Program-made: the position numbers and the translations under genes | Assembly (NCBI GenBank): GCA_964586255.1 | Contig: CAZPGE010000002.1 | Span: 42,065 to 106,064, forward strand | DNA from: an uncultured Candidatus Saccharibacteria bacterium | GTDB taxonomy: Bacteria > Patescibacteriota > Minisyncoccia > Phycocordibacterales > UBA2100 | DNA length: 64,000 bases | Reading direction: 5' to 3' | Notes under the pieces: model-generated | What the model saw: only the letters and a program-made list of their open reading frames with translations | The model's database searches: none | What the model was told of the DNA's origin: nothing | In this document: in pieces, positions 1 through 9,080 of the stretch | Position numbering within the stretch: the first letter of the stretch is position 1 | Layout: each line of letters starts with the position of its first letter

Positions 1-1239
1 CCCGACACGGGCGCCGAGGAGACTCGCCCTTCAGTCGACGACGGGCCGTTTGCCGCGCTGGTCTTCAAGCTCCAGACCGACCCATTCGTGGGCGCGCTCA
101 CCTTCTTCCGTGTCTACTCTGGCTCTATCAACACGGGCGATACGGTATACAACTCCGCCAACAACAAGCGCGAGCGCATCGGCCGCATGGTGCGCCTTCA
201 GGCGGACAAGCGCGAGGAAATAAAGTCGGTCTACGCCGGTGAAATCGCTGCTGTCGTCGGTATGAAGGAGGTGAAAATCGGTCACACGCTCTGCGATGCA
301 GACCACCCGATTGCACTCGAATCGATCGTGTTCCCTGAACCGGTTGTCTCGATGCGCGTCGAGCCGAAGACAAAGGCCGACCAAGAGAAGATGGGCATCG
401 CGCTCAGCAAACTTTCCGACGAAGACCCGACATTCCGCGTGCACTCCGACCCCGAGACGATGGAAACTATCATCTCAGGCATGGGCGAGCTCCATCTCGA
501 CATCATCGTCGACCGCATGAAGCGCGAGTTCGCGGTGGAAGCGACGACCGGTAAGCCGCAGGTCGCGTACCGCGAGACGATTCAGGGCACTTCCGATGTG
601 GAATACAAGCACATCAAGCAGACAGGTGGTCGCGGTCAGTACGGTCACGTGAAAATCAAGGTGAAGCCGCTTGAGCCAATCGTGGAAGGCGAAAAGATAA
701 AGAACAATGTTGACCGCGAAGATCACTTCGAGTTCGTCAACAACATCAAGGGTGGCGTCATTCCTCAGGAATACATTCCGGCAGTCAAAAAGGGCCTCAA
801 AGAGGGAATGGAGCGCGGCGTGCTCGCCGGCTTCCCACTCGTCGATGTATCGGTAGACCTCTACGATGGTAGCTACCACGATGTGGACTCTTCGGAAATC
901 GCTTTCAAGCTCGCTGCTCTCTATGCATTCCAGGAGGGTTTACAGAAAGCCAAGCCCGTCATCCTTGAGCCAATCATGAAGCTGGAAGTCGTCATGCCGG
1001 AGAAGTTCATGGGTGATGTGACCGGCATGATCAACTCGAAACGCGGCACCATCGAAGCGATGGGAGAGCGCGGCCAGGCGCGCGTAGTCACCGCAAAGGT
1101 CCCGCTCTCGGAAATGTTCGGATTCACTACGCAGCTCCGCTCTCTCACTGAGGGTCGCGGCGTCCCAAACCTCGAGTTCTCTCACTACGCCGTCGTCCCG
1201 CGCAACGTCCAGGATGAGATCGTCGCTTCCAGAAAGTAA
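1..1239 (+). CDS. fusA: Elongation factor G, C-terminal ~410 aa (5' end lies upstream of the window; frame 1 is open from base 1)
   Basis: Translation [41 protein letters not shown]... matches EF-G domains II-V. Ends TAA at 1237-1239. A GC hairpin follows. Confidence 0.95.
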   Translation, partial: PDTGAEETRPSVDDGPFAALVFKLQTDPFVGALTFFRVYSGSINTGDTVYNSANNKRERIGRMVRLQADKREEIKSVYAGEIAAVVGMKEVKIGHTLCDADHPIALESIVFPEPVVSMRVEPKTKADQEKMGIALSKLSDEDPTFRVHSDPETMETIISGMGELHLDIIVDRMKREFAVEATTGKPQVAYRETIQGTSDVEYKHIKQTGGRGQYGHVKIKVKPLEPIVEGEKIKNNVDREDHFEFVNNIKGGVIPQEYIPAVKKGLKEGMERGVLAGFPLVDVSVDLYDGSYHDVDSSEIAFKLAALYAFQEGLQKAKPVILEPIMKLEVVMPEKFMGDVTGMINSKRGTIEAMGERGQARVVTAKVPLSEMFGFTTQLRSLTEGRGVPNLEFSHYAVVPRNVQDEIVASRK

Positions 1240-1260
1240 TACCACTCAGCATACGGAGTG

Positions 1261-1285
1261 CGCGACCCCGCTGTGCGGGGTCGCG
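1261..1285 (+). terminator. Perfect GC-rich hairpin CGCGACCCCG-ctgt-GCGGGGTCGCG followed by a T-rich tract; likely fusA terminator
   Basis: Inverted repeat read directly. A TATACT -10-like hexamer (1286-1291) lies just upstream of the next ATG (1299). Confidence 0.5.
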
Positions 1286-1298
1286 CTATACTGTTTTC

Positions 1299-3968
1299 AT
1301 GTTTAAAAAAGCCGCAGGAGCTCTTGCGATGTTCGCTCTCCTCGCTCCATCCTTAGCGTCTGCCGAGTGTCCCACGCTTTCCCTTGGTTCCACCGGCGCA
1401 CACGTAACAGCAGTACAAGCAGTGCTGCAAAGTGCATATACCAACTTCCCGACGCCGACTGGGTACTTTGGTCCTCTTACGCTCGCTGCAGTTAAGCAAT
1501 GGCAAGAAGAGCATGGCATTGAGCCAGTAGGCGCGGTGGGACCAAAGACTGCCACTGCGATGAAGCTCTCGTGCACCACAGAGACACCAGTCACTTCTCC
1601 TACCGCGACTGCACCAAGCAATCCTGCGGCCACCCCTTCGGCAAGCCCAGAACAAGTTCGCACTCTCGTGCGTGGTCTCTCGGGTTCTGACGTCCTTACA
1701 CTCCAACAGTTCCTCATCGCACAGAAGCTCCTTACTGCCGAGAATGCCACGGGCTTCTTCGGCGCACTCACAGAAGCGGCGGTGAAAGCATTCCAATCTC
1801 AAAACAAGCTCGTCTCAATCGGCGCGCCAAGTACGACCGGCTATGGGGCGGTGGGGCCGAGGACACGGGGTGCGATGGCCCTCACAAGCACGGGGAACGG
1901 GGAAAAAGTATCAGGTAATACGACAACGACTGCGTACCTTCTTCCCACGTCGACCACATACGTACCGCCAACACCGCCAATCGTTCCACTAACACCAACC
2001 TCGCCAATCGTCCCGCAGGCTCCATCTTCATGCAGCTTTAACGGTCAATCGATTGCATCCGGAGCCACAGTGAGCGCATATCAATCAGCCTCCGTTGCTT
2101 CCGGGAGTCAGTGCGTCTCGCAAGCGCGTACTTGTACGAACGGGACGCTTAGTGGCTCGTATACAAACGCGGGTTGTACGGTTGCAGGATTACCGGCACC
2201 AAGCTGCACCATTTCCTACACACCGTCTAGTGTGTCGAGCGGCCAGCCCTACGTGATTAACTGGACCTCACAAAACGCCACCTCGCGCCTCTATTCCGTG
2301 AAGAAGCCCGACGGAACATATCTGGTACAAAACGGCGGCGTGAGCGTAGGTACCGGAAGCTATACAGACACGACTGCAAGCGCGCAACTCTCGCCCGGCA
2401 CCTATACTCGTACTGATACTGTGACGGGAGCCGGTGGAACTGCCACGTGTACTGCGACCATCGCCGTCGCTGCCTCCGCGTCCGCAAATTCATGCACGCT
2501 CAACGGTCAAACCGTCGCGCATGGAGCGAGCGTAATTGCATATCAAGCCCCGTCCGTCGCATACGGGAATCAATGCGTGTCCCAAACGCGCACATGCGCA
2601 AACGGTACACTCAGCGGGTCGTATGCCAATGCGGCTTGCACGGTGGCGGCAGCCCCTCAATTGCCAATCGTAGTCCAGACCTCATCATCAGCAACAGGAT
2701 ACCCCGCCAGCAATATGCTCGACGGCTCTGCTTCGACCGCATGGGTCGCATCGCTTCAGCCTATAGGCGTAAATAACTTTGCATGGATCCAACTCGATTT
2801 GGGCTCGCGACGCTATGTAGATAAGGTTGAATGGACGTCAGCATCACAGCCGTACCCCGCGAGCGTTCTCAAAAATTACGTAATTAAAGTATCCGACGAC
2901 GGCGCCGTATGGACACCAATCGTCGCGCATTTCGAACCGCACACTGCGGCGCCTGCGTACGTGCAAAAAAAATCGATAGGCAAAAACGCGCGCTATATCA
3001 GAATCGAGACGACCAAGGTCAACGATGGGACTGGCTGGGCAGCAAGTATCGCCGAACTTTCAATCACGAGTGAGCCACAAAAAGATCTGTCATACACGTG
3101 CGATATTACGATCACACCGTCAGAGGATTACATCACTCGTATCGGTTCTCTTCGTGGGGGTACCGCGGAGCGTTGGACAAACGTGTGTTTGCAACCCGGC
3201 ACGTACACCAGCGCCGTGCGCATCCATGATGCACAATATCTTCGGATCTTGGCACCAAGTGGCGGAGTCACTTTCACTGCCTCTGTTAGGTACGTTGCGG
3301 GCAACTCGGCACCTTTCAATGTATGGGATTCGCACGACATACATATACAGGACATCAAGATAATAAACACCTATGCGTACACCACGACTGCCGATTCAAC
3401 CTCGCAATGGTCGCATGCGCTGAGAATTGCTCGCACCAACAATCTGACCTTGGAGAAGGTTGATTTGGTTTCAAACGGGAAGCAGGCGGTCTATATGGAA
3501 AGCAGCGATAATATACTCTTCAATGGCGGCTCTATTAAAGGCTACTACTTCCTCTTTAGTCCTGCGGATAAGAATTCCATCTACACCTACAACACCACTT
3601 TCACAACCGACGGCAGTGTGCAAATACCTGGCGATGAACATTCGATGCTTTGGATCGACGCCGGGGATGTCGTTTTGGATAGTAGCTATTTCAACATGAT
3701 TACCGGCAAAGGTTTATTTACCGGCGGCGGCGGCACACATAGCCGACTCGTAATAACGGGTGCGACACGAGCATCGGGTCTCAGTCACTGGGCAGATAAC
3801 CATCAAAATTACAGCAACATGCACGTCTACGTGACCGGAGCGTATCCGGCGCTAACTCCTTTCTACAATTATGCCGACGGGGGGAATGCGGCGAATTCCT
3901 TTGTGTGCACGTATTCTGGCGCTTCAGCCCCGCTGAGCGCAATAGGATGTTCGTATCCACTCAGATAA
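1299..3968 (+). CDS. Secreted multidomain protein (889 aa)
   Basis: N-terminal signal peptide MFKKAAGALAMFALLAPSLASA. Two PG_binding_1-like repeats (...GYFGPLTLAAVKQWQEEHGIEPVGAVGPKT...). Thr/Pro-rich linker. Two internal Cys-containing repeats (CSFNGQSIASGATVSAYQ...CTNGTLSGSYTNAGCTV / CTLNGQTVAHGASVIAYQ...CANGTLSGSYANAACTV). An F5/8-type-C (discoidin)-like segment (...SNMLDGSASTAWVAS...NNFAWIQLDLG...). C-terminal beta-helix-like region. Confidence 0.75.
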   Translation: MFKKAAGALAMFALLAPSLASAECPTLSLGSTGAHVTAVQAVLQSAYTNFPTPTGYFGPLTLAAVKQWQEEHGIEPVGAVGPKTATAMKLSCTTETPVTSPTATAPSNPAATPSASPEQVRTLVRGLSGSDVLTLQQFLIAQKLLTAENATGFFGALTEAAVKAFQSQNKLVSIGAPSTTGYGAVGPRTRGAMALTSTGNGEKVSGNTTTTAYLLPTSTTYVPPTPPIVPLTPTSPIVPQAPSSCSFNGQSIASGATVSAYQSASVASGSQCVSQARTCTNGTLSGSYTNAGCTVAGLPAPSCTISYTPSSVSSGQPYVINWTSQNATSRLYSVKKPDGTYLVQNGGVSVGTGSYTDTTASAQLSPGTYTRTDTVTGAGGTATCTATIAVAASASANSCTLNGQTVAHGASVIAYQAPSVAYGNQCVSQTRTCANGTLSGSYANAACTVAAAPQLPIVVQTSSSATGYPASNMLDGSASTAWVASLQPIGVNNFAWIQLDLGSRRYVDKVEWTSASQPYPASVLKNYVIKVSDDGAVWTPIVAHFEPHTAAPAYVQKKSIGKNARYIRIETTKVNDGTGWAASIAELSITSEPQKDLSYTCDITITPSEDYITRIGSLRGGTAERWTNVCLQPGTYTSAVRIHDAQYLRILAPSGGVTFTASVRYVAGNSAPFNVWDSHDIHIQDIKIINTYAYTTTADSTSQWSHALRIARTNNLTLEKVDLVSNGKQAVYMESSDNILFNGGSIKGYYFLFSPADKNSIYTYNTTFTTDGSVQIPGDEHSMLWIDAGDVVLDSSYFNMITGKGLFTGGGGTHSRLVITGATRASGLSHWADNHQNYSNMHVYVTGAYPALTPFYNYADGGNAANSFVCTYSGASAPLSAIGCSYPLR

Positions 3969-4061
3969 TCCACTCAATACGTCATGCGCCCATCGTCGTT
4001 TCATATTGAAATCTATTGCCACGTTTCTTCTGCGCGGCCTTTGCGGTGATACTATAAAAGA

Positions 4062-4649
4062 ATGTCGCTTCGCTCAGTGATTCTCTTGGTGCTCGCAGTC
4101 GCATTTGTTCCGCAGCTCACTTTTGCTGTGCTCAAAATCAACGATGCGGTCACCATCAACGGCGACCTTACGGTGACGGGCGCCCTGAGCAAGAGCTCCG
4201 GCTCATTTGTCATCGACCACCCCCTCGACCCGAAGAATAGACTGCTCTATCACTCGTTTGTCGAATCAGAAGATGTGATGAACACGTATGCCGGTCGCGC
4301 AACGCTCGACGCAGACGGCAGTGCGACGATACGCCTCCCGAGCTACTTTATGTCGCTCAACAAAGATTTTCGCTACTTTGCAACGCCGGTCGGGCAATCG
4401 ATGCCAAATTTGCACCTCTCTATAGGGGTCAAGCCGCAGTTTCTCGGACTCTTCGGCGAGCCGATATTCTCAATCTCAGGCGGGAACGCTGGTGGACAAG
4501 TAAGCTGGATGGTGACCGGTATCCGCCACGATCCGTATATTCTTGCAAACCCAATCATCCCTGAAGTCCAAAAAGGTTTGAGCGCGCCCTACTCACAGGG
4601 GATGTATGTGCACCCCGAGCTCTATGCGCCGTCTGCACAGCAAGAATAG
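4062..4649 (+). CDS. Secreted protein with a conserved ~150-aa domain (paralog 1 of 3)
   Basis: Signal peptide present. Domain ...IDHPLDPKNRLLYHSFVESEDVMNTY...MPNLH...SWMVTGIRHDPYILANPIIPEV... is shared with the next two genes. Confidence 0.7.
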   Translation: MSLRSVILLVLAVAFVPQLTFAVLKINDAVTINGDLTVTGALSKSSGSFVIDHPLDPKNRLLYHSFVESEDVMNTYAGRATLDADGSATIRLPSYFMSLNKDFRYFATPVGQSMPNLHLSIGVKPQFLGLFGEPIFSISGGNAGGQVSWMVTGIRHDPYILANPIIPEVQKGLSAPYSQGMYVHPELYAPSAQQE

Positions 4650-4650
4650 T

Positions 4651-5199
4651 ATGAGGAAATTCTTGGTATTCAGCGTTGTTATCTTCGTCGCGCTCGCAAG
4701 TGCGCCGCTTGCACGCGCGGCGCTCACTATCAACGCAAATTTTCTGGCAAAGAGCACTTTCTCAATCACGGGCTCAGTCTCAAAGGGTGCGGGGACGCTG
4801 GTCATCGACCATCCGCTCGACCCAAAAAACAAACTGCTCTACCACTCATTCGTCGAGTCGCCGGATGCCATGAATCAATACAACGGCATTGCGGCTCTCG
4901 ATGAGAATGGCGAAGCAACCATTCAGCTACCGGATTATTTCGAAGCGCTCAATATGAAATTTACCTATCAATTTTTCCCGATGCATGAGGCAATGCCGAA
5001 CCTGCACATTAAACAAAAGATTCAGGACAACGCGTTTACTATCGGGGGCGGGATCCCTGGTGGTGAGATTTCTTGGATGGTCACCGGTATTCGCCACGAC
5101 CCGTACATCCTCGCGAACCCAATTATTCCCGAGGTAGAGAAGGGCCCGGACCAGCTTGTCGACAAGGGTGAGTGTATTTTTGCTCCACTATGCAAATAA
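4651..5199 (+). CDS. Secreted protein, paralog 2 of the same domain family (likely start MRKFLVFS at 4651; the ORF-track start 4606 overlaps the upstream gene)
   Basis: Signal peptide MRKFLVFSVVIFVALASAPLARA. ...IDHPLDPKNKLLYHSFVESPDAMNQY...EISWMVTGIRHDPYILANPIIPEVEKGPDQLV... Confidence 0.7.
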   Translation: MRKFLVFSVVIFVALASAPLARAALTINANFLAKSTFSITGSVSKGAGTLVIDHPLDPKNKLLYHSFVESPDAMNQYNGIAALDENGEATIQLPDYFEALNMKFTYQFFPMHEAMPNLHIKQKIQDNAFTIGGGIPGGEISWMVTGIRHDPYILANPIIPEVEKGPDQLVDKGECIFAPLCK

Positions 5200-6578
5200 A
5201 ATACTTCAGCACGATCTTCGCGATGTTTTTTCTTGCCATACCGGTATCCGCTTCTGCAACCACTATTTTTCTTACCTCCGGCAGCAGTTGGACTGTCCCT
5301 TCCGATTGGGGCACGCCTAATTCCGTCGAATGTATCGCCGCCGGCGGAGGAGGCGGTCGCGGCGGAGGAGGCGCAGGCGGTGGTTACGCCAAAGCGGTAA
5401 ACATATCTCTTACGGCAGGCAGTAGCGTCAGCATAAGTGTGGGCACTGGCGGCGCAGGCAATCTGGGCGGCACGGGTGGTACGGGTGGAACAACATCATT
5501 CGGCAGTGCATGTAGTGCAGGCGGCGGAACGGGCGGGCTGGACGGTTACAACAACACTGGCGCAGGCGGTACCGGAGGCAGTGGAACCGTCGGTTCAACT
5601 TTGCGCACAGGCGGTAATGGTGGTGCGTACGGTGCAGGTTTACCGGGGACCGGAGGTGGTGGCGGTGGCGCAGCGGGAGCTAGTACTAACGGCACCTCAG
5701 GTAGTGCTGGTGTTGGCTTCGCTACCTCTGGTGGCAATGGTGGCGCTGGCGGAGGAGGATCTGGTGGTAGCGGAGGTGCAGGTGCCACTACTATAGGTGC
5801 CGCTGGTGCTGCTGGCGGTACCGGGACTAACTACGATGCCTCTCATGGCTCAGGTGGCGGCGGGGGCGGGGGTCAGGGAAGCTATTGGAGTCCCGGTTAC
5901 AATGCAGGTAACGGCGGCGCCGGCGGCTCGTATGGCGGCGGGGGCGGAGGCGGAGGTCAGGGTTATACCATTGACGGCACAGGCGGGAATGGAGGTGCGG
6001 GACTTATTATCGTCACCTATACACCAAGGTTGCCCTCAGCAAGTCGCGATCTCACGGTGAATGATTCGGTCTCTGTTGCGGGCAATGTCACGGTGGTCGC
6101 CAATCTTGCGAAGGGCTCTGGCACGTTCCTCATCGACCATCCGGCAGATCCCGCCAACAAACTTCTCTATCACTCTTTTGTAGAATCTCCTGATGCGCTC
6201 AATGAGTACGCAGGCACAGCTGAGGTCGGGAAGAATGGTGACGTGGCCATACGACTTCCGGATTATTTTGAAGCGCTCAATGGCAATCCGCAGTATTTTA
6301 TTCGAGCGCTCGATATGCCGATGCCCAATCTCTTCGTCAAACAAGAAGTAAAAGATAATGAATTTGTAGTTGGAGGCGGAAGTCCTGGCGGCGAGATTTC
6401 TTGGATGGTCACCGGTATTCGCCACGACCCGTACATTCTGGCCAATCCCATCATTCCCGAAGTTGAGAAAGGCCCGGACCAGCTCGTTGGCAAAGGGGAG
6501 TATGTGTTTGCGGGGAATGCGCCGACGTGTTCGACGCTCGCTCGTTGTGTGTGGGATTTCATGAGACGGTTCTTCTAG
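5190..6578 (+). CDS. Glycine-rich secreted protein ending in paralog 3 of the 150-aa domain
   Basis: Signal peptide. ...SGSSWTVPSDWGTPNSVECIAAGGGGGRGGGGAGGGY... Long GGxGG low-complexity region. C-terminal ...IDHPADPANKLLYHSFVESPDALNEY...EISWMVTGIRHDPYILANPIIPEVEKGPDQLV. ATG 5190 overlaps the upstream stop. Confidence 0.7.
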   Translation: MQIKYFSTIFAMFFLAIPVSASATTIFLTSGSSWTVPSDWGTPNSVECIAAGGGGGRGGGGAGGGYAKAVNISLTAGSSVSISVGTGGAGNLGGTGGTGGTTSFGSACSAGGGTGGLDGYNNTGAGGTGGSGTVGSTLRTGGNGGAYGAGLPGTGGGGGGAAGASTNGTSGSAGVGFATSGGNGGAGGGGSGGSGGAGATTIGAAGAAGGTGTNYDASHGSGGGGGGGQGSYWSPGYNAGNGGAGGSYGGGGGGGGQGYTIDGTGGNGGAGLIIVTYTPRLPSASRDLTVNDSVSVAGNVTVVANLAKGSGTFLIDHPADPANKLLYHSFVESPDALNEYAGTAEVGKNGDVAIRLPDYFEALNGNPQYFIRALDMPMPNLFVKQEVKDNEFVVGGGSPGGEISWMVTGIRHDPYILANPIIPEVEKGPDQLVGKGEYVFAGNAPTCSTLARCVWDFMRRFF

Positions 6579-6603
6579 ACGCACCTGTACCCAATCGTGC
6601 GCA

Positions 6604-6625
6604 AAATCCCTCTTGCGAGGGATTT
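6604..6625 (+). terminator. Hairpin AAATCCCTC-ttgc-GAGGGATTT
   Basis: Inverted repeat directly after the 6578 stop. Followed by TATACT and the next start. Confidence 0.45.
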
Positions 6626-6639
6626 GGTGATTTATACTA

Positions 6640-7122
6640 GTGTGTATGGATGATCGACGAGAGCTCCTCATCGGCATGGCTGCAATCGCAATATTTGCGG
6701 TCTGCATATACCTGCTCGCAAACATGGGCAAAGCTCCCGCTTCTCCCGCTGATACGATTCCTGCAGCGACACCGATTCCTCCGTACACTGAAAAGATAGA
6801 AGCCGCGCTCGCAAAGAGTGAGGGCTTCGAGATGTTTGTTTCCTACACCGACCGTGGATTCGAGCCTATGAGTACTACAATAAAAAAGGGGGACACGGTG
6901 CGCTTCACCAACAATTCGCCGCGCAAGCTCTGGATAGCGGCGAGCTCCGAAGGTGGCGTGAAGCTCTATCCGGGTACATCGGAGTGCGGCGCAAGCGCAT
7001 TTGGCACCTGCGAACCACTCGAGCCACAAGAATTCTGGGAATTTACATTTACAGAGACTGGTACGTGGAAGTATCACAACAGTCTCAACAAGAGTGATGC
7101 CGCCTCCATACGGGTCCAATGA
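6640..7122 (+). CDS. Small membrane-anchored protein with a possible cupredoxin-like beta domain
   Basis: N-terminal TM helix. ...KKGDTVRFTNNS...WEFTFTETGTWKYHN... resembles a cupredoxin/EfeO-like fold, but the ligand set is unclear. Stop overlaps the next start (ATGA). Confidence 0.45.
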   Translation: MCMDDRRELLIGMAAIAIFAVCIYLLANMGKAPASPADTIPAATPIPPYTEKIEAALAKSEGFEMFVSYTDRGFEPMSTTIKKGDTVRFTNNSPRKLWIAASSEGGVKLYPGTSECGASAFGTCEPLEPQEFWEFTFTETGTWKYHNSLNKSDAASIRVQ

Positions 7123-9080
7123 GAAAATATCTTTTTGTTTTTTTTCTCATATTTTTCCCGCAAATCGCATTTGCGGGTTCGCAGACGTATTCATCGCAAG
7201 GGTCATACACGTTTACGGTGCCAGCTAGTACGTACAGTGTCACCATGCAGATGTGGGGCGGCGGTGGTGGGGCCGGGGGATATGATGCATTGGACCCAGG
7301 ATCGGGCGGGGGCGGAGCCTATACGACCGGTGCCATCACGGTGGTGCCTGGGCAACAAATAACTGTTGTTGTCGGCGGACCAGGGGGTGGAGGCGTGAGT
7401 TGCGCTGCAGGCGGGCCAGGAGGTGCGGGCGGATACAACGGCGGTGCTTCTGGCGGTGCGTCAGGCCCCTATGGCTGTTCTGGTGCCGGCGGCGGTGGGG
7501 GAGGTGCCAGCAGTGTAATCGTAAATGGCGTCACAACTCTTGTAGCCGGTGGCGGTGGCGGAGGTGGAGGTGGTGGCTGGCATGCAGTCGGCGGAGCTGG
7601 CGGTGTTGGTGGAGCGAGCGGTGCAAGCGGCAATGTCACGACTGGCGGAGCAGGAGAGGCACATTCGTTTGACGGTGGTGGCGGCGGCGGAGGAGGTGGA
7701 GGCATAGCTGCTGGCGGCGGCGGAGGAATTGCGGGATGCGACTGCGGTGGTACCGGTGGTACCGGTGGTTCATCGCTCGGCACCGTGACACAAGGCTCAG
7801 GTATATACCCTGGAAATTATGGCAGCTCAGGTGGTTATGGATATGGGGGGCAGACGTATGGTCAATCCGGAACGTCGGGTAGAATCGACGTCACGTGGAC
7901 AGTGACCGCCCCCACCTGCTCCGTCACTCTCACACCCTCCACCATCGGATACGGTTCTTCCTCCACGCTCACCTACTCTTCTACCAACGCGACCACTCTC
8001 TATATAAACAACATCGGGTACGTGAGCACGAGTGGGGGAAGCACATCAGTCTCGCCATCGTCAACGACAAATTATTCATGCACAGCCACCGGTCCGGGGG
8101 GCACGGGCACGCAAGCGGCATCGCTCACCGTGACAGCACCGTCTGTCCCATCCGCCACCATCACCGCAAGTTCTTCTGCTATATACGTCGGACAATCGAC
8201 AGGTATCCGTGCGACATTTGCTGCCGGTTCCGGTGACACACTCACCGGAGACAACATAGATTCGCCAGTCGGCACCGGTCTCGGTGCGTCGACCAACCCC
8301 GACGCCAACAAGTGGTACACATTCACGCCATCTTCCGCGGGCACGTACACGTTCTACGCTCGCGCAAAGAGTGCGTACTACACGTCGTGGACCACATACG
8401 GCACCGTAGCGGTCACCGTGACGGCGGCACCCGCGTGCACACTCTCGCTCACTCCCTCCACCGTCGCACAGGGAAATTCATCTACACTCGCATACTCGTC
8501 GAGCAACGCGACTACATTCTCTGTGAGTAGCATTGGCTCTCTCACGCCCAACATCTCCGGGAGCACCAGTGTGTCTCCGAGTGTCTCCACCACCTACACG
8601 GGTAGTGCCACCGCCGGGGGAGTCACCAATACCTGCTCCGCCACCCTCTCTGTCTCCTGCACCGCCGCATACTCCTGCTCAAGTCAGACCATCCAGTACA
8701 CTGACGCCGCGTGTGCAGTCTCCGACGTCACCACCTGTGCCTCTCCGGCATTCTGCTCGAGCGGCTCCGCGACCTGTCTCTACGCACCCGTCGAGTACGT
8801 CGCAAGCGGAAGCCTCACTGGTCACCTCCAAGCAGCACCACAAATCGTCACGCAAGGAACAGCCACGAGGCTCTACTGGAATCTCAGCAACGTAGAGAGC
8901 TGTACCGTCACCGGTACCAACGGTGACTCATACTCCGGTGCTGCTTCTCCCACAGGAGGACGACAGACCTCCACGATTGAGCAACAGACCATCTACACCC
9001 TTTCCTGTGCTGGCTCCGACGGCTCCAGTGTGCAGGAGACACAGACCGTGAATATACTGCCGGTGTTTAATGAGCAATGA
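7119..9080 (+). CDS. Glycine-rich surface protein with tandem Ig-like domains (653 aa)
   Basis: Signal peptide MRKYLFVFFLIFFPQIAFAGSQTYSSQGSYTFTVPASTYSVTMQMWGGGGGAGG... C-terminal 389 aa are identical to the next gene. Ig-like repeats (..TLTPSTIGYGSSSTLTYSSTNAT..YSCTATGPGG..). Ends ...NILPVFNEQ. Confidence 0.7.
   Translation: MRKYLFVFFLIFFPQIAFAGSQTYSSQGSYTFTVPASTYSVTMQMWGGGGGAGGYDALDPGSGGGGAYTTGAITVVPGQQITVVVGGPGGGGVSCAAGGPGGAGGYNGGASGGASGPYGCSGAGGGGGGASSVIVNGVTTLVAGGGGGGGGGGWHAVGGAGGVGGASGASGNVTTGGAGEAHSFDGGGGGGGGGGIAAGGGGGIAGCDCGGTGGTGGSSLGTVTQGSGIYPGNYGSSGGYGYGGQTYGQSGTSGRIDVTWTVTAPTCSVTLTPSTIGYGSSSTLTYSSTNATTLYINNIGYVSTSGGSTSVSPSSTTNYSCTATGPGGTGTQAASLTVTAPSVPSATITASSSAIYVGQSTGIRATFAAGSGDTLTGDNIDSPVGTGLGASTNPDANKWYTFTPSSAGTYTFYARAKSAYYTSWTTYGTVAVTVTAAPACTLSLTPSTVAQGNSSTLAYSSSNATTFSVSSIGSLTPNISGSTSVSPSVSTTYTGSATAGGVTNTCSATLSVSCTAAYSCSSQTIQYTDAACAVSDVTTCASPAFCSSGSATCLYAPVEYVASGSLTGHLQAAPQIVTQGTATRLYWNLSNVESCTVTGTNGDSYSGAASPTGGRQTSTIEQQTIYTLSCAGSDGSSVQETQTVNILPVFNEQ
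7911..9077 (+). repeat. Copy 1 of a perfect 1167-bp direct repeat (offset 1808 bp)
   Basis: Nucleotide identity from cccacctgctccgtcactctc... to the last sense codon. All internal six-frame ORFs are duplicated with identical translations. Divergence only at the stop (TGA vs TAG). Confidence 0.9.

Noticed and set aside
128-879. Minus-strand ORFs inside fusA (31..444, 128..373, 475..879)
   Set aside because: Embedded antisense to a highly conserved gene. GC-rich frames stay open by chance.
5546-5788. Pro-rich antisense ORFs (also 7469..7783, 29468..29956, 29757..29945)
   Set aside because: Reverse-complement artefacts of GGN-rich glycine coding tracts. No RBS, and extreme composition.
5172-6000. 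Collagen-like triple helix in the Gly-rich proteins
   Set aside because: Glycines are not in a G-X-Y 3-residue period and prolines are rare, so a collagen-like call is not supported.
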